Shown here: piece by piece, positions 12,653 through 25,038 of the stretch
Position numbering within the stretch: the first letter of the stretch is position 1
Layout of the letters: every line of letters starts with the position of its first letter
NCBI GenBank assembly: GCA_951406725.2
Contig: OX597814.1
Location: 198,648,001 to 198,712,000, forward strand
From: Octopus vulgaris
Lineage: Eukaryota
Length of the DNA stretch: 64,000 nt
Direction: 5' to 3'
Notes under the pieces: model-generated
Told to the model about the DNA's origin: nothing
Database searches by the model: none
Seen by the model: the letters and a program-made list of their open reading frames with translations, nothing else
Program-made: the position numbers and the translations under genes

Positions 12653-13025
12653 GGCAGAATCGTTAGCACGCCGGGCGAAATGCTTAGCGGTATTTCGTCT
12701 GCCGTTACGTTCTGAGTTCAAATTCCGCTGAGGTCGACTTTGCCTTTCATCCTTTCGGGGTCGATAAATTAAGTACCAGTTACGCACTGGGGTCGATATA
12801 ATCGACCTAATCCGTTTGTCTGTCTTTGTTTGGCCCCTTGTGGGTAGTAAAGAAATAGGTATTTCGTCTGTCTTTACGTTCCGAGTTCAAATTCCGCCGA
12901 GGTCAACTTTGCCTTTCATTATTTCGGGATCGATTAATTAAGTACCAGTTGCGTACTGAGGTCGATCTAATCGACTGGCCCTCCACTCCCCCAAAATTTC
13001 GGTCTTTGTTCCTAGAGTAGAAAAG
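12653..13025 (+). mobile_element. SINE family B dimer with 14-bp TSD
   Basis: TSD attattggtaactt at 12639-12652 and 13026-13039. Unit+tail 1 followed by unit+tail 2. Confidence 0.9.
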
Positions 13026-13640
13026 ATTATTGGTAACTTTCAAAAGACGGCGTGCTGGCAGAAACGTTACCGCACAGAGCAAAATACTTAGCACAATTTC
13101 GTCCGTCTTTACATCCTGAGTTCAAATTCCACCGAGGTCGACTTTGCCGTTTGTCCATTTAGGGTCGATAGAATAGATACCAGTTGAGCACTGAGGTTGA
13201 TGATATATAAATTGCTCGTCTTGTGTCAAAATTTGAAACCATTGTTTGTAGCTTTATCTACTTCACGCCCCACCATTAAAAACGATATATATATATACAT
13301 ATATGTTCTTGACCCCTAGCCACAAGTTAAACTTTGTACTTGAGATTTTTATTCACACCACAAGACCCTTTCGAATGAACAACACAGAATCCACGGCTCC
13401 ATACATTGAAAGGATAAAACACTATTGGAACTTACATACCATATACAGGGCCTTTTTTTTACCACTTCTATCACCACTTTCCTCGAAGAATAGAACTGAA
13501 ACTACAATATCTTCATATATTTTATATTCTATTTCTATTTTCATTCTCTTATTTCCCTCTATATTCCCTATCTCCTCCTTTTCCATAATACTTCCTTATT
13601 TCGAACTCAAATATTTACCTCTATTCAATCATCTCACACC

Positions 13641-13688
13641 GTCTCTGATGAAGGGATATCCATAATATCCCAGAAACAGCTGTAAGGC
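13641..13688 (+). ncRNA. Type I hammerhead ribozyme (canonical core) in a Penelope-like repeat at ~13440-13760
   Basis: gtct CTGATGA a gggatat..atatccc a GAAA cagctg TA aggc. Palindromic stem III, GUA triplet. Confidence 0.8.
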
Positions 13689-14612
13689 TACATCTATATA
13701 CTCCTCACAGCCTTGGATTTGTTATCTCATTTTGTCTAATATATATTAGATATATTAATAAAATAGAATATCATATATATATATAAATACACACATATAC
13801 ATGTACGGACACACACACACACGTACATATATACTGATGTTTCTTTTAATAGAAAAATAACGTATCTGAGTTAACAACATGTTCAGCTCTAAATGAATAT
13901 CGGTGTATTATAAAACAAATAAGTTAATTATTTGTTTTATATAATTACAGAGGAAGTTACATAAAAAATATTATTGAACATTTTCTTTCGATCAGTCATT
14001 CTTTTATTCGTTTACAATGATTAATGATTGTTCACAGATTTTAATTGCAACAATTCCTGGCTTATATCGATTTCCTTAAGTTTCTCATCCACCATCAATT
14101 TATCTATTGCATATGTCCGTGTCCCTTTGAATAGAAATTGATTTTAGAAGGAAGGTATAAGAAATTAATGAGAAAGATTTAAATTTGCTCTATTGTGTGA
14201 TACATATAGAACAGCTGAAATTAGTTATCTACGCTGATTCTGTTTAAATTTTCTTCTCGCCATCATGTACCATGCTTTCACTCCGTCTGTAGATGCTATA
14301 ATGAAATACTAATGCTACAGTTAATGTCATTATATACAGCCTAACACAAATTGAAAAAAAATTGCTATACAACAAATTTCTTTTCAAAATTGTCAATAAA
14401 AATAGATGAAAACTGTTTTTTCTTGTTTAGCATTGTGAGAGATCAGAATAATGGGGAAATGTTTCAATCAGAACCATTGTTACAGCTATATTTATTCTTT
14501 AACACTATTAAACAAAAACATACACTGCTGCTACCACAACCGGCCTGTGCTAGCTCCATTAGAAATAGCAACCAAATCTTCGCAAACGATATCGTACATT
14601 GTGGTTCTAGTT

Positions 14613-14870
14613 CACTGGTTCTTAACCGGGGTCCATAATATGATCTGTGGAGGGGTCCCATATAAGATTTTGTTGTTAAAATTTATCTGCAATAAATTGG
14701 TTATACTTCTTCACTACACAAAATATTAGAAAAAGTTTTTAATACAATTCCTAATAATATTTCATTATAAAAATATGCGATTTTTTAAAACACTGATTGG
14801 CTATGAGGGTCCATTCGAGTAAAATAGGAATCAAACAGGTTCGTGGGTAAAAAGTGACTGAGAACCTCTG
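14613..14870. mobile_element. hAT-type MITE
   Basis: TIRs cactggttcttaacc / gactgagaacctctg. 8-bp TSD ttctagtt (14605-14612) / gtctagtt (14871-14878). Confidence 0.8.
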
Positions 14871-14987
14871 GTCTAGTTATACAAATTTCAGGTTGGTTAT
14901 GAGTGGAACGGCTTTGATCCTAGGTATATTCGACCAGAGCTGCTCTGGGAATAAGCAACAACAACTACAACAACAACAACCACTCCG

Positions 14988-15485
14988 TGGAGGCTCAATG
15001 GCCCAGTGGTGAGGGCAGCGGACTCGCGATCTTAAGAGCGCGGTTTCGATTCCCAGACCGGGCATTGTGAGTGTTTGTTGAGCAAAAACACCTAAGCTAA
15101 GTTCCATGAGACTCCGGCAGTGGGTGGGGGTCAACCCCGCTGTACTCTTTCACCACAACTTTCTCTCATTCTTTCTTCCTACTTCTGCCACAAAGTAGAG
15201 GAACCATGGTGTAACCCACTATGGCGTGGTAAACTTTCAGACCCTAGTCTAAATTGCGAATCTTCTGTACCCAAAGATGGTTCAGCTCTCCACCCGTTAA
15301 AAGCCACCGTTTACGGAATGAGGATAACAACGTAGCTTTCGCACCCGAGCAACCGCCAGTCTAACGCGTGTGGTGGGTGGATCTTCAAGTTGCCGCACGC
15401 ATTCTTAGTAGCCTAGACTAGGCTCGAATTAGAGATTATTCTTTGTGGCTAATGGCGTGAGTCCTGATTGGAAGAAGAAGAAGAC
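14988..15485 (+). mobile_element. SINE family D with unique ~300-bp tail T4 ending (GAA)n
   Basis: D head and body to ~15180, then sequence not found in other D copies, ending gaagaagaagaag. Confidence 0.7.
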
Positions 15486-16036
15486 AAGAACCACTCCTGT
15501 CTCCCTCACCACTCACTACAACTGCTGTCATAACTTACAATTACAACTAACATAAACCGAAAGCTAGTTTCCTTCTATTTCCGAGATTGCTGTAAAACAC
15601 CGTCGTGGAGAAATTATCTCGATTAAATGTATTTCGGTAGGTTTTGAAAGTGAGTTAGGCTGGAAGTGAAGCAACAGCTAGTTGTCCTCTAATTACAATG
15701 GTTTACTGTCTTTTCATTCATCATATATATGCTGAAGAGGTTGAAGAGTCACGTGTTATATTTTATACAAAATGATTCTCAAATCACTAAGGAAATCGAG
15801 GTAGTTTTATCCAACAATGCCAGGTTAATCAATAAGATAATTACTCGTAATGAAGTTTAATTTAAGACCAGTGAATATATCATTATACGAAGATTTAAAA
15901 TGATTCCTTATACCTGTGTGGAACAATGCCAAACAACAGGTAAATGTAATTAATATTAATGGATTATAGATAATTAGTTATATATCAGGATGTGTTGTAA
16001 GAAGAAAAGTTTAGAAATCGCGACCATAATGAATAT

Positions 16037-16403
16037 TCTTTTACTTGTTTCAATCATTTGACTGCGGCCATGTTGGAGCACCGCCTTTTAGTGGAACAAA
16101 TCGACCCCAGGACTTATTCTTTGTAAGCCTAGCACTTATTGTATCGATCACTTTTGCTGAACCAGTAAGTTACGGGTTTATACACACATAAGCATAGGTT
16201 GTCAAGCGATGCTGGGGGGGGGGGCAAACACAGACACACAAACATATATATATATATACGACGGGCTTCTTTCAGTTTCCGTCTACCAAATCCACTCACA
16301 AGGCTTTGGTCGGGCCAAGGCTATAGTAGAAGACACTTGCCCAAAGGTGTCACACAGTGGGACTTAACCCGGAACCATGTGGTTGGTAAGCCACTCCTGC
16401 GCC
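16037..16403 (-). mobile_element. SINE family A
   Basis: Reverse complement of the family A consensus, with a partly deleted head. Confidence 0.85.
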
Positions 16404-18042
16404 TATATAATAACAGAATAAAATATAAAATAACAGTGTGGCGCCAACGCTGTTATTCTAAGCATTCGAGAAATTACACTTCACTGGGAATTTATTGTTT
16501 TTTTTAGAATATTATTTCGTGTGTTCTCATCCTCCACTGGCTGCTTTAAGTTTTCTGAATGTTTGAACGTAGTTTCGTTTACTTACCAATGTATTCGGGA
16601 TTGTAGCTATGTTCCACCTTTAAGCTGGAATGAAAGTCTTTGTATTTGCTTCTTTGTTTCTTAGACGGAATGTAGATACTTGCGTTTCCACAGGATCAAT
16701 AATTAAATGATTATCTTTATTACAGTAATAGATTACATTGTTTAAATGCATACACGGGGTCGTCTGGATGTCAATGAAATTTTCCGTTTAGCATACAGTG
16801 TACAGATAAAACGATTAGTGTTATCGTCTTTCGGTTGAACATCTATTCATCCAATACGCTGCACTGAAACAGACCAATTCGTAATTTTCGCGTGCAGCTT
16901 TTGTTATTGCTTATCAGCAGGAAACGTCTATTTCTTATCATAATATCGATAAATCATGTGAGTTCCGTGTCATATGTTAAACTATGTATCTTTTAACTTA
17001 TTTCAAAGTGCACTGAGAACGACAAAATCCGTTCCTTTAATTGTTCCTTTGTTCACGCTCGTCTTGAGCAAGATTGAGTACTTGCCTCATAACTGACCCT
17101 CCAGGAGAGAATTCAGTTTGTTCTTTAAATATTTTCAACGCTGTTGAAGCTCCGCGTGGAATTAATCGATGAGAAATCGTGTAAAGGCAACGAAGGAAGG
17201 AAATCAACCTGACATTCTCCGTTAATGAGTATTATTTCCGAGGTTTCAAAAAAGCTATTCCTTTGCTTTTCCTCCTCACTTTTGGAAATTTGTGCATGAG
17301 AAGACAGTTATTAAAAAGCCTGGTTAGTCCTATTTATCATCTGGTCCGTGAAGATATTATTAAGATAAATTGTTTTCTCAGTTCTTATGATGAGACATTG
17401 ATGGGTTTTTTTTGTATGGGAAGCCTATTATAAAAACGAAATTTCAGTTCATGATTTTTTCTTCAGATAAATCATTTTTGTTATTTGATGCGCTTTACTG
17501 TTTATTACCACTAGGATAGACAGCGAAATAGTAGCATCGTTAGAGTGTTGGATAGACTACCTCGCAGTATTTATTTCCCCTCTCAGCGGTTCCTAGTTCA
17601 AATCTTACCGAAGTGAACTTCGCCTTTCGAGATCGATAACAAAGCATTAGTTCAGGGTGAGTGTTTGGTGGATCGAATAGTATCTTGCGTTATCTCTTTT
17701 GTTCCGGTTTTATACATTCAGTTCAAACCCTGTCGCGTTACCGAAAGATGGGGGATCTTCTTCCAGGCATTGCGTCTGACAGGTAGTATCAGTAAATTAG
17801 AAAACTAATGGAAATGTAATTACTTTTATTTGATGCGAAGATCGATGGAGGTGGTAGTGGTAGCAGTACCACTACCACCACCATCATCGTCACTACCACC
17901 ACCGTTACCACCATCACCACCAGCATCAACCGTCACCACCACCACAAGTTTTTTGTGCAACATTATTGTGATATTCCTTCGGTTTCCCCAAATCAGCACC
18001 TACATTTTGTATGAAGGGGCCATACTTTCTGGCTGTTTCTAT

Positions 18043-18235
18043 TTATCGTATTTGATGACATAAAAGACGCACGAGCATATTAGACGCATCTCAATTTCAG
18101 TAGCACATATTCAGAGAAGACTCTTTTTCGTGCATTCAAGGGAAAGCCCAACGTCGTATGTAGGACCTAGGGTGATGTTTTGAGACATTTATTTGGGACA
18201 AAAAGTGTGGTTTATGTGCCCTGAAGTAACGTGTA
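18043..18235. mobile_element. Possible decayed pogo/Tigger-like MITE
   Basis: Degenerate inverted ends tatcgtattt...aaaagacgcac / gtgtggtttat...aacgtgta. Confidence 0.35.
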
Positions 18236-18256
18236 TTTGTGGATTGCCCTAAATTG

Positions 18257-19096
18257 TTTTATTATTACCCACAAGGGGCAAACATAGAGGGGACAATACA
18301 ACCTGATGTGGGGTCAGATTAACGAATGGGTTTACAAAAAGGCGAATTAAAAAATTTACAAAACTTACAAAAATAGCAAAATCGAATGAGGAACAGACCG
18401 GAAGACATTACGGATGGAGTGGGGGCGGGTTCAGCTCGGACCCCACGAGCCCCGCCTCCCCACTGATACTTTGGTTTCGTCTAGTTTTACATTTATGTGG
18501 TATCATCTCGCAACTTTCGTGCTACATCTTTCCATCGTTCTTCATACCCTCTCTTAGTCAGGCATTTTCTCTCCAGCCCTATCTTCCTTTTCAGGTGAAA
18601 GATGAAGTAATTCATCAATCCAGGGCCGGCGATGAACTTGCCTGACCGTAAACCTTTCATTCTCGTCTTCCATATCACCTCTTTCGCAATTGCTACTACA
18701 ACGAGAAAACAATTCTTACCTTCTTTCGCGAGGAAATCTGGTGGGTCAATTTTTATAATAGACTCAGTCGACAGCTGTACTCTTCGTGTGCTTGACAACA
18801 GCTATTCGGCATAAACCCACACCTCAGACACGACCGAACAATGAACAATAGCGTGCGGGACGGTTTCTCTATCCCGCTCGCATCTTGGACATATCGGACT
18901 GTCTTGGCCACCGTGCCTTGCGAGTTTATCCCGAACAGGTAGAGCTCCTCTGTAGCATTGCCATGCCAGAGACTTCTGGAAGTTGTCCAGTGTCTTCGGC
19001 TCGAACGTACGTCGGAACAGACTGGCCAGCTGATTATCGTCGAGACCTAGGGTTTCCCCCAAGGTATCTTCACATTCCGCCTCTAACTTCTTATAC
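18257..19096 (-). mobile_element. 5'-truncated L1-clade (Tx1-like) LINE
   Basis: ORF2 C-terminus, then a 3' UTR with a GC hairpin (18419-18463), then terminal tail ttgtcccctctatgtttgccccttgtgggtaataataaaa. Confidence 0.85.
18493..19096 (-). pseudogene. LINE ORF2 C-terminal zinc-knuckle (zf-RVT-like) region
   Basis: LAWQCYRGALPVRDKL...CPRCERDRETVPHAIVHC...VW...IAKEVIWKTR...RW. ORFs 18802-19185 and 18493-18798 are in the same frame, separated by one TAG. Confidence 0.85.
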
Positions 19097-19276
19097 ATTG
19101 CTATTTGATTACTAGAAGACGTTATACTGGGGGCTGTATCCACGTTTCCAACATCCAATGTTGAATGATTTTGTATGTCTAGCATTAAGACGAAATAGTT
19201 GCTTTCTGCTCAGGAATAAACTTCTTTTCCACCCGAGTTAATAAGTTAGCAATCCCATTGATTATTATGGCGAGTA

Positions 19277-19410
19277 AAATTTCCAGTGATAAATCCTAGG
19301 TCTGATGAGTTTTTAAGTGGCACTCCAGAAATCCGGTGTTTTATAAAACACCGGATTTCTGGAGTGCCACTTAAAAACTCATCAGACCTAGGATTTATCA
19401 CTGGAAATTT
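19277..19410. repeat. Perfect 134-bp palindrome with no spacer
   Basis: Centre at 19343/19344 (gtgttttataaaacac). The 67-bp arms are exact reverse complements. Confidence 0.97.
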
Positions 19411-19712
19411 GATACATATGATTACGGCTTTTACCAAATCCAACTGCATCTTTACGACAATGTTACTGCCATTGCCATACTTATAATGGAATTCCTGTTT
19501 TTCATAGATATCGCACTTTCATATTCCTTACGTGCTTGATAATTTGCTATAAGCCTTACCTTCATTTAATAATTTACGATCTAACGTTCTGTCGTCCTCT
19601 GCACGTTAGAATCTTATTGCTATATCCATGCCTTTAATTTTATCCCTGTTGTTCAGAAGGCTTTCATGTCTTTCCATCTTTCATAAACTGGTTGTTCAGT
19701 TGTCATAATGTA

Positions 19713-20053
19713 GCGGAGTAAGATCCGCTTGGAGAGGAAGTCCCTGTCTCAAGTTCTGTTTCAAAAACAGATGGACGCATGTAGTAAGAATGATGCGAGT
19801 GGGAGGTGTCGAGCTGATGTAGCCGGTTCTGGGGGAAAAAAGGAAAAGGTATGAAAACAGCCGGCGGGTTGATTAGAACCCCGTACCTGATTTTTATCTT
19901 ACTTCGATTTTCCGACTTTTATTTATCTTCGACTTTTATTATATTCATATTCTTTATGATTTAAAAAAAACGACTTCATTGTAACAAACTCTATGTGTTG
20001 TGGTGTCCATGTTCGTCCCCTCTATGTTCGTCATGTATAGACAAATAAAGAAA
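19713..20053 (+). mobile_element. Second 5'-truncated Tx1-like LINE with 17-bp TSD
   Basis: Encodes RSKIRLERKSLSQVL/FKNRWTHVVRMMRV, homologous to KRKIGLERKCLT...ERWKDVARKLR of the 18.5-kb LINE. TSD tcagttgtcataa(t/c)gta at 19696-19712 and 20054-20070. Confidence 0.85.
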
Positions 20054-21625
20054 TCAGTTGTCATAACGTAACACTTAATTTTAGATCTGATGTTTTTTGG
20101 GCCATTTTGAGTTTCTTGTAAGACTTGTTTTATATGACTTTGTTCCCAAAAGGCTAGAGACCACTGTAGCATGAGGGGCTACAAAGAAGAAAAAGAAAGG
20201 GCCCACAAATTCAAATGATATTGATTAACAGAGAGATAAAAAGAGTGAATATCATAGTCTAGAGGAAACCAAGACGATAGTTGTAAGTTCCAGAGAATAA
20301 TAAAAAAGGTATTAGAATAAAAGAACTTATGACTAACAAGACACTCATCAGAGAAACGATGCACCTGGAAAGGTAAGCGGTGGTGACTCGTTAAAGGTGT
20401 TGACAGAGGGTACTAGACCAGAAGCTTTATTTGAGGAATGACCCTAGAAATACTTATAGGAAAGTAAGTCACGTTGGAAGGTTTTACTTTATTTTGCAAA
20501 TGGATGATGGTATGTATTCTTTCATTAAAGAGCATCCTTCAAAGTTTATTGATAAGACAGTTATCTATGATTTTATTTTGTTCAGAAATCACCAAACAGT
20601 TGCTATTATGTTAAACTGTTGTATGTCCAAATTTGGCCAAATGCATTTTTTTCAGTATTTAATTAGCCCGTTCTTTGGATCAAACTATCGTATCTCCAGC
20701 TGCTTCAGATGCCAAGATATGAAAATTGTCAAAGAGTAGTGCAATGGTTTAGCATTTTTGAAAAGTGTAGTAAGTCTTTCATATGACAATTTTGCAAAAA
20801 TATTTCTGACTAAAAATATCTGAAAATATCATACAAGCATTTTATGTACCCAACAAAGTATAATTGTTAAGCTGAAACTGCTGCTGACGTAAAAAGAAAT
20901 GGATGGTGAAACTATTTTTTCGTTTTCTGAAAAATTAACGTTTTTGACTTACGACACTTTTTGCATAATAGCTACGAATTATTGTTTAGAAAAGAGTTAG
21001 ACTGAAAGAGTGAAAAATATTACACAATTAAGTTTGGTAGAATTCTTTGGAAACTTCTGACAGGAGCAGTGACAGGAATGCTGGAACTGTGACTGCTTTT
21101 AAATTCTATTATAGTATAAGATTGACTGGAATCTTTTGTCACGATATTGGTCTATAAAAATGAGGATTCCAAATCAACTAGATTGATTTACTTGAAATGC
21201 CATCTGTAAGAAATATTCAGTGATTATGTGAGTGAGAACCAGTGTTATAATTCTTTTGGATAAAGCACGAGTGATGCAAGATCTGATTGCTTTCTTAAAA
21301 GAAACCCCCAAAGCGGCAGGCTTCTTACTTGTAGGCGGATTAGAAGTTGACATTGCACAGAGAGACATTGGCAGAAATGTTATAGCGACCGACAAATTAC
21401 GTTACTATCGTTAGTTTAGATTCTTTATTCTACGGGTTAAAATCCCGAAAATGTCAATACATACCCTTAAAATATATGGCCTCAATTAAAAATTAGTATT
21501 GTGGAGAGTTTATGGGATCAGTCTTGTGATGAAATTGAATTCTTCAGAGAAATGGAGGTGTTTTGAAGTAAGAAAGGGCAATTTAAATCATTACTTTAGC
21601 TTATGATTATACATTCTAAAATACA

Positions 21626-21829
21626 TTTCTACTCTAGGCACAAAGCCCGAAAAATTTGGGGGAGGGGGGCCAGTCAATTAGATCGACCTCAGTACGCAGC
21701 TGGTACTTTATTTAACGACCCCGAAATGCAAAGTCGATCTCGGCAGAATTTGAACTCAGGACGTAAAGACAGACGAAATACTGCTAAGCATTTTACTCGG
21801 CGTGCTAACAATTCGGCAAGCTCACCGCT
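21626..21829 (-). mobile_element. SINE family B monomer (tail 2) with TSD
   Basis: Flanked by tacattctaaaa on both sides. An older copy follows at ~21850-22075. Confidence 0.8.
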
Positions 21830-22731
21830 TTATACATTCTAAAAGTTAATTATTGGTTTCAAATTTTGATACAAGGCCAGTAACTTTGGAGAAGGAGGTA
21901 AGTCAATTACATCGACCCCTGCCCCCGGTACTCAACTGGCACTTATTTTATCGACCCCGAAAGAATGAAAGCGAAGTTTACCTCGGCGGAATTTGAATTC
22001 AGAATGTAAAGGCGGACGAAATACCGATAAGTATTTGTCCCCGCATGCTAGCAATTCCGTCAACTCATCGTCTTAAGTCATAAAGTTAATTATTAGTATT
22101 ATTACCTTTTTTTGCAACACTGGTGTGGCAGACAGTAGAGAAAACAGGCGAAATGTGCAGCAGTATTTAATTATAATACTTTACATATCGTGTTCAAATT
22201 CAACAGAAGTAATCTTGTTTTATCTTCTAACCAGAAAGGAAGACAGTGCCCTTGACTCTGCACAAGGTCTCCAAAGAAGGATGGAGATATTCTCAAATCA
22301 AAGACATGGCCTGAAAACTTGCAAAAGAGTGCGTTTTGCTAAAAAACATGGAAGGTGTCAGGCGGTGGTTGTAAGCAGCGACAGGTTCTGCTAATTATAC
22401 AAATGATCTTAATTCATGGCAAAATTTCAACTAAGAACACAAAAAGCTTTAACAAATCCAACCACAATATATTAACTCCCAAATCCTTGCAGCTCCGCTG
22501 ATCTTCTATCCTTTCTTCCCGATCCCGAAAGGACAAAATTCAATGGTGACCTTGGTGGGATTTGAGCTCAGAGAGTCGTTAGGGACAAATAACTCGAGAA
22601 AGTCTATCCGATGCTCAAATGATTCTGCGAGTTTGCAGCTTATTACATGTGTCCCTTCCAGAAATTATAAAATAAGTACCTTGTTGTAAGGTTAGTATAA
22701 AATTGTACCATGTTACGTACAATAAATAAGA

Positions 22732-23330
22732 TTTGTCGACAAATCTTTCTGCTTGCTCACTTGACCTCGAGTGGTAAGGTGAGGTAAAGAAAGATGTGCT
22801 TTATGATATGTATTTTGCAGAAATTTCTTAATTCATATCCCATGAATTGTGTCTCATTATCTAAAACTTACGTGTCTGGAACAACGTATCGAGCAAATAA
22901 CTCGAGTAGGAACTTTATTGCTGTCTTTGCTGTGGGTTTATTACATCAGCATACCTCTGGCCATTTTGTATAGCTATCCACTACGATTTGATAGTATGCC
23001 TCGTTCACTGGTCCAGCGTACTCAATATGTGTCCTGGACCATGGGCTCTCATTTCGCGTAATCCACATTTTCAATGATTTCGTTTTTTTCCAATTTGTCC
23101 AGCACATCGTCCACTTGCTTTATTGCCGAAAAATCACTTTCCTATTTGGCTTGAACTCAGGCGTAACGTTATCATATAATTCAAAGCACCCTTCAGTCTT
23201 TGTGCATAGACCTAATTTGTCCGAAATTACTTGCGGAAACATTTAAAAAGATTTCTCTTTATCTTTTTACTATAAAGATTTATGGGACCACCCCATGGGT
23301 GGTCCCATAAATCACTATACTTGTAACATT
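22732..23330 (-). pseudogene. Ty3/Gypsy LTR-retrotransposon pol remnant (pre-RT region fused to integrase core)
   Basis: FPQVISDKLGLCTKTEGCFEL...PEFKPNRKV...LDKLEKNEIIENVDYAK* is joined to PWSRTHIEYAGP...VVDSYTKWPEV...LFARYVVPDT*VLDNETQF...PYHSRSSEQAERFVD (rve motifs). Confidence 0.85.
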
Positions 23331-23454
23331 TCCACATTCGGAAAATGCTTACAATAGTAAACCATCAAATTGATATGAAGAATGTTTATTAGAAATCTAA
23401 CTTTGGAACCCGCCAAAGTAAAGGATGAAATAGAACTTAACCTTTTCTCACATT

Positions 23455-23965
<511 letters not shown>

Positions 23966-24055
23966 GGGAAAGTTCACGAAAAAAACAAAAGACGAAGACA
24001 GGTGGTGTACAAAACAAACAGGTGTATTAGTATAACGCTCAGGAATAGAAAAAGT

Positions 24056-24091
24056 CTTTTACGTTTCGAGGCTACGTTCTTCTACAGAAAG
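24056..24091 (-). ncRNA. Hammerhead-like motif, family F (A6U), stem II damaged
   Basis: cttt CTGTAGA A gaac gtag cctc GAAA cg TA aaag. Confidence 0.55.
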
Positions 24092-24132
24092 GGACAAAGA
24101 AAAAACAAGGAGAGAAAAAATGTGTGTAGTGG

Positions 24133-24183
<51 letters not shown>

Positions 24184-24490
24184 CATATATATAATTCTTT
24201 TAAACTGAAGAAAGCTTGCTGCACGGAACATCTCGCTGCAGTGTTTACCTCTATGCTCGATGACTTAAGTTGAAATCGATAAAATAAGAACTATTGATTT
24301 TACTGGTATTGATTTAATCGATTACGTTGTTATCCCGCTAATTTGTCGTTTCTTGCAGAACTTTCTTTCCACTTAGTTGTTGGACCAACAAAAAATATCC
24401 AAGTAGCCACTCAATCGTACAAAAAATAGCAGCCAACCATCATATTCAGTATATATATATATATATACACATACACATGCATACATACAA

Positions 24491-24521
<31 letters not shown>

Positions 24522-24524
24522 TCT

Positions 24525-24572
<48 letters not shown>

Positions 24573-24957
24573 CATACACTGCTTTATTTTGAGATTGCTA
24601 ATGTAAACAACACTCGCGAATATAATACAGACTGGAGTTGTAGTGCTCCAAGTGAGCTATATTCCGCTTAATAATCTGAATGGAGGCAATATAAGCAGAA
24701 ACTAGAGGAACATAAATAATATCCACACTCAAAATCAAATATATGCATATCTTCTTCTACATTTATAAAACGGATATAAAAATCCCAAATATATAGATAT
24801 AAAAATACATATAAATAGATAAATATTGATATATAAAACAAAGTGAATTTTAGATTTAAAATTTAAAATACAATGGTGTAATACAAATTTGGCATGATAA
24901 AACATTAAAAGGACATACTAAAATACCACGAAAATATTACAAACATTTAAAAATTCT

Positions 24958-25038
24958 ATCTGTAGGCCGTTTCAGAGACGTGCCAAGTAATATGGTATAT
25001 TTCGTATTTTTAAAACTGACACTCCCCTCGTCAGGATG
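24958..25038 (-). ncRNA. Degenerate hammerhead motif with long stem II
   Basis: catc CTGACGA ggggagtgtc...ggcacgtctct GAAA cggcc tac agat. The cleavage-site region is imperfect. Confidence 0.5.

Noticed and set aside
14431-14729. Acceptor-like site and 92-95-aa ORFs
   Set aside because: The ORFs run through a decayed repeat and the hAT MITE, and no donor was found.
17028-17210. Protein-like minus-strand frame (LKIFKEQTEFSPGGSVMRQVLNLAQDEREQRNN)
   Set aside because: Short, no recognised family, and no good splice acceptor. A blastx search would settle it.
20600-21440. piggyBac-like end (gggttaa at ~21434-21440)
   Set aside because: No matching opposite TIR or transposase motif was found.
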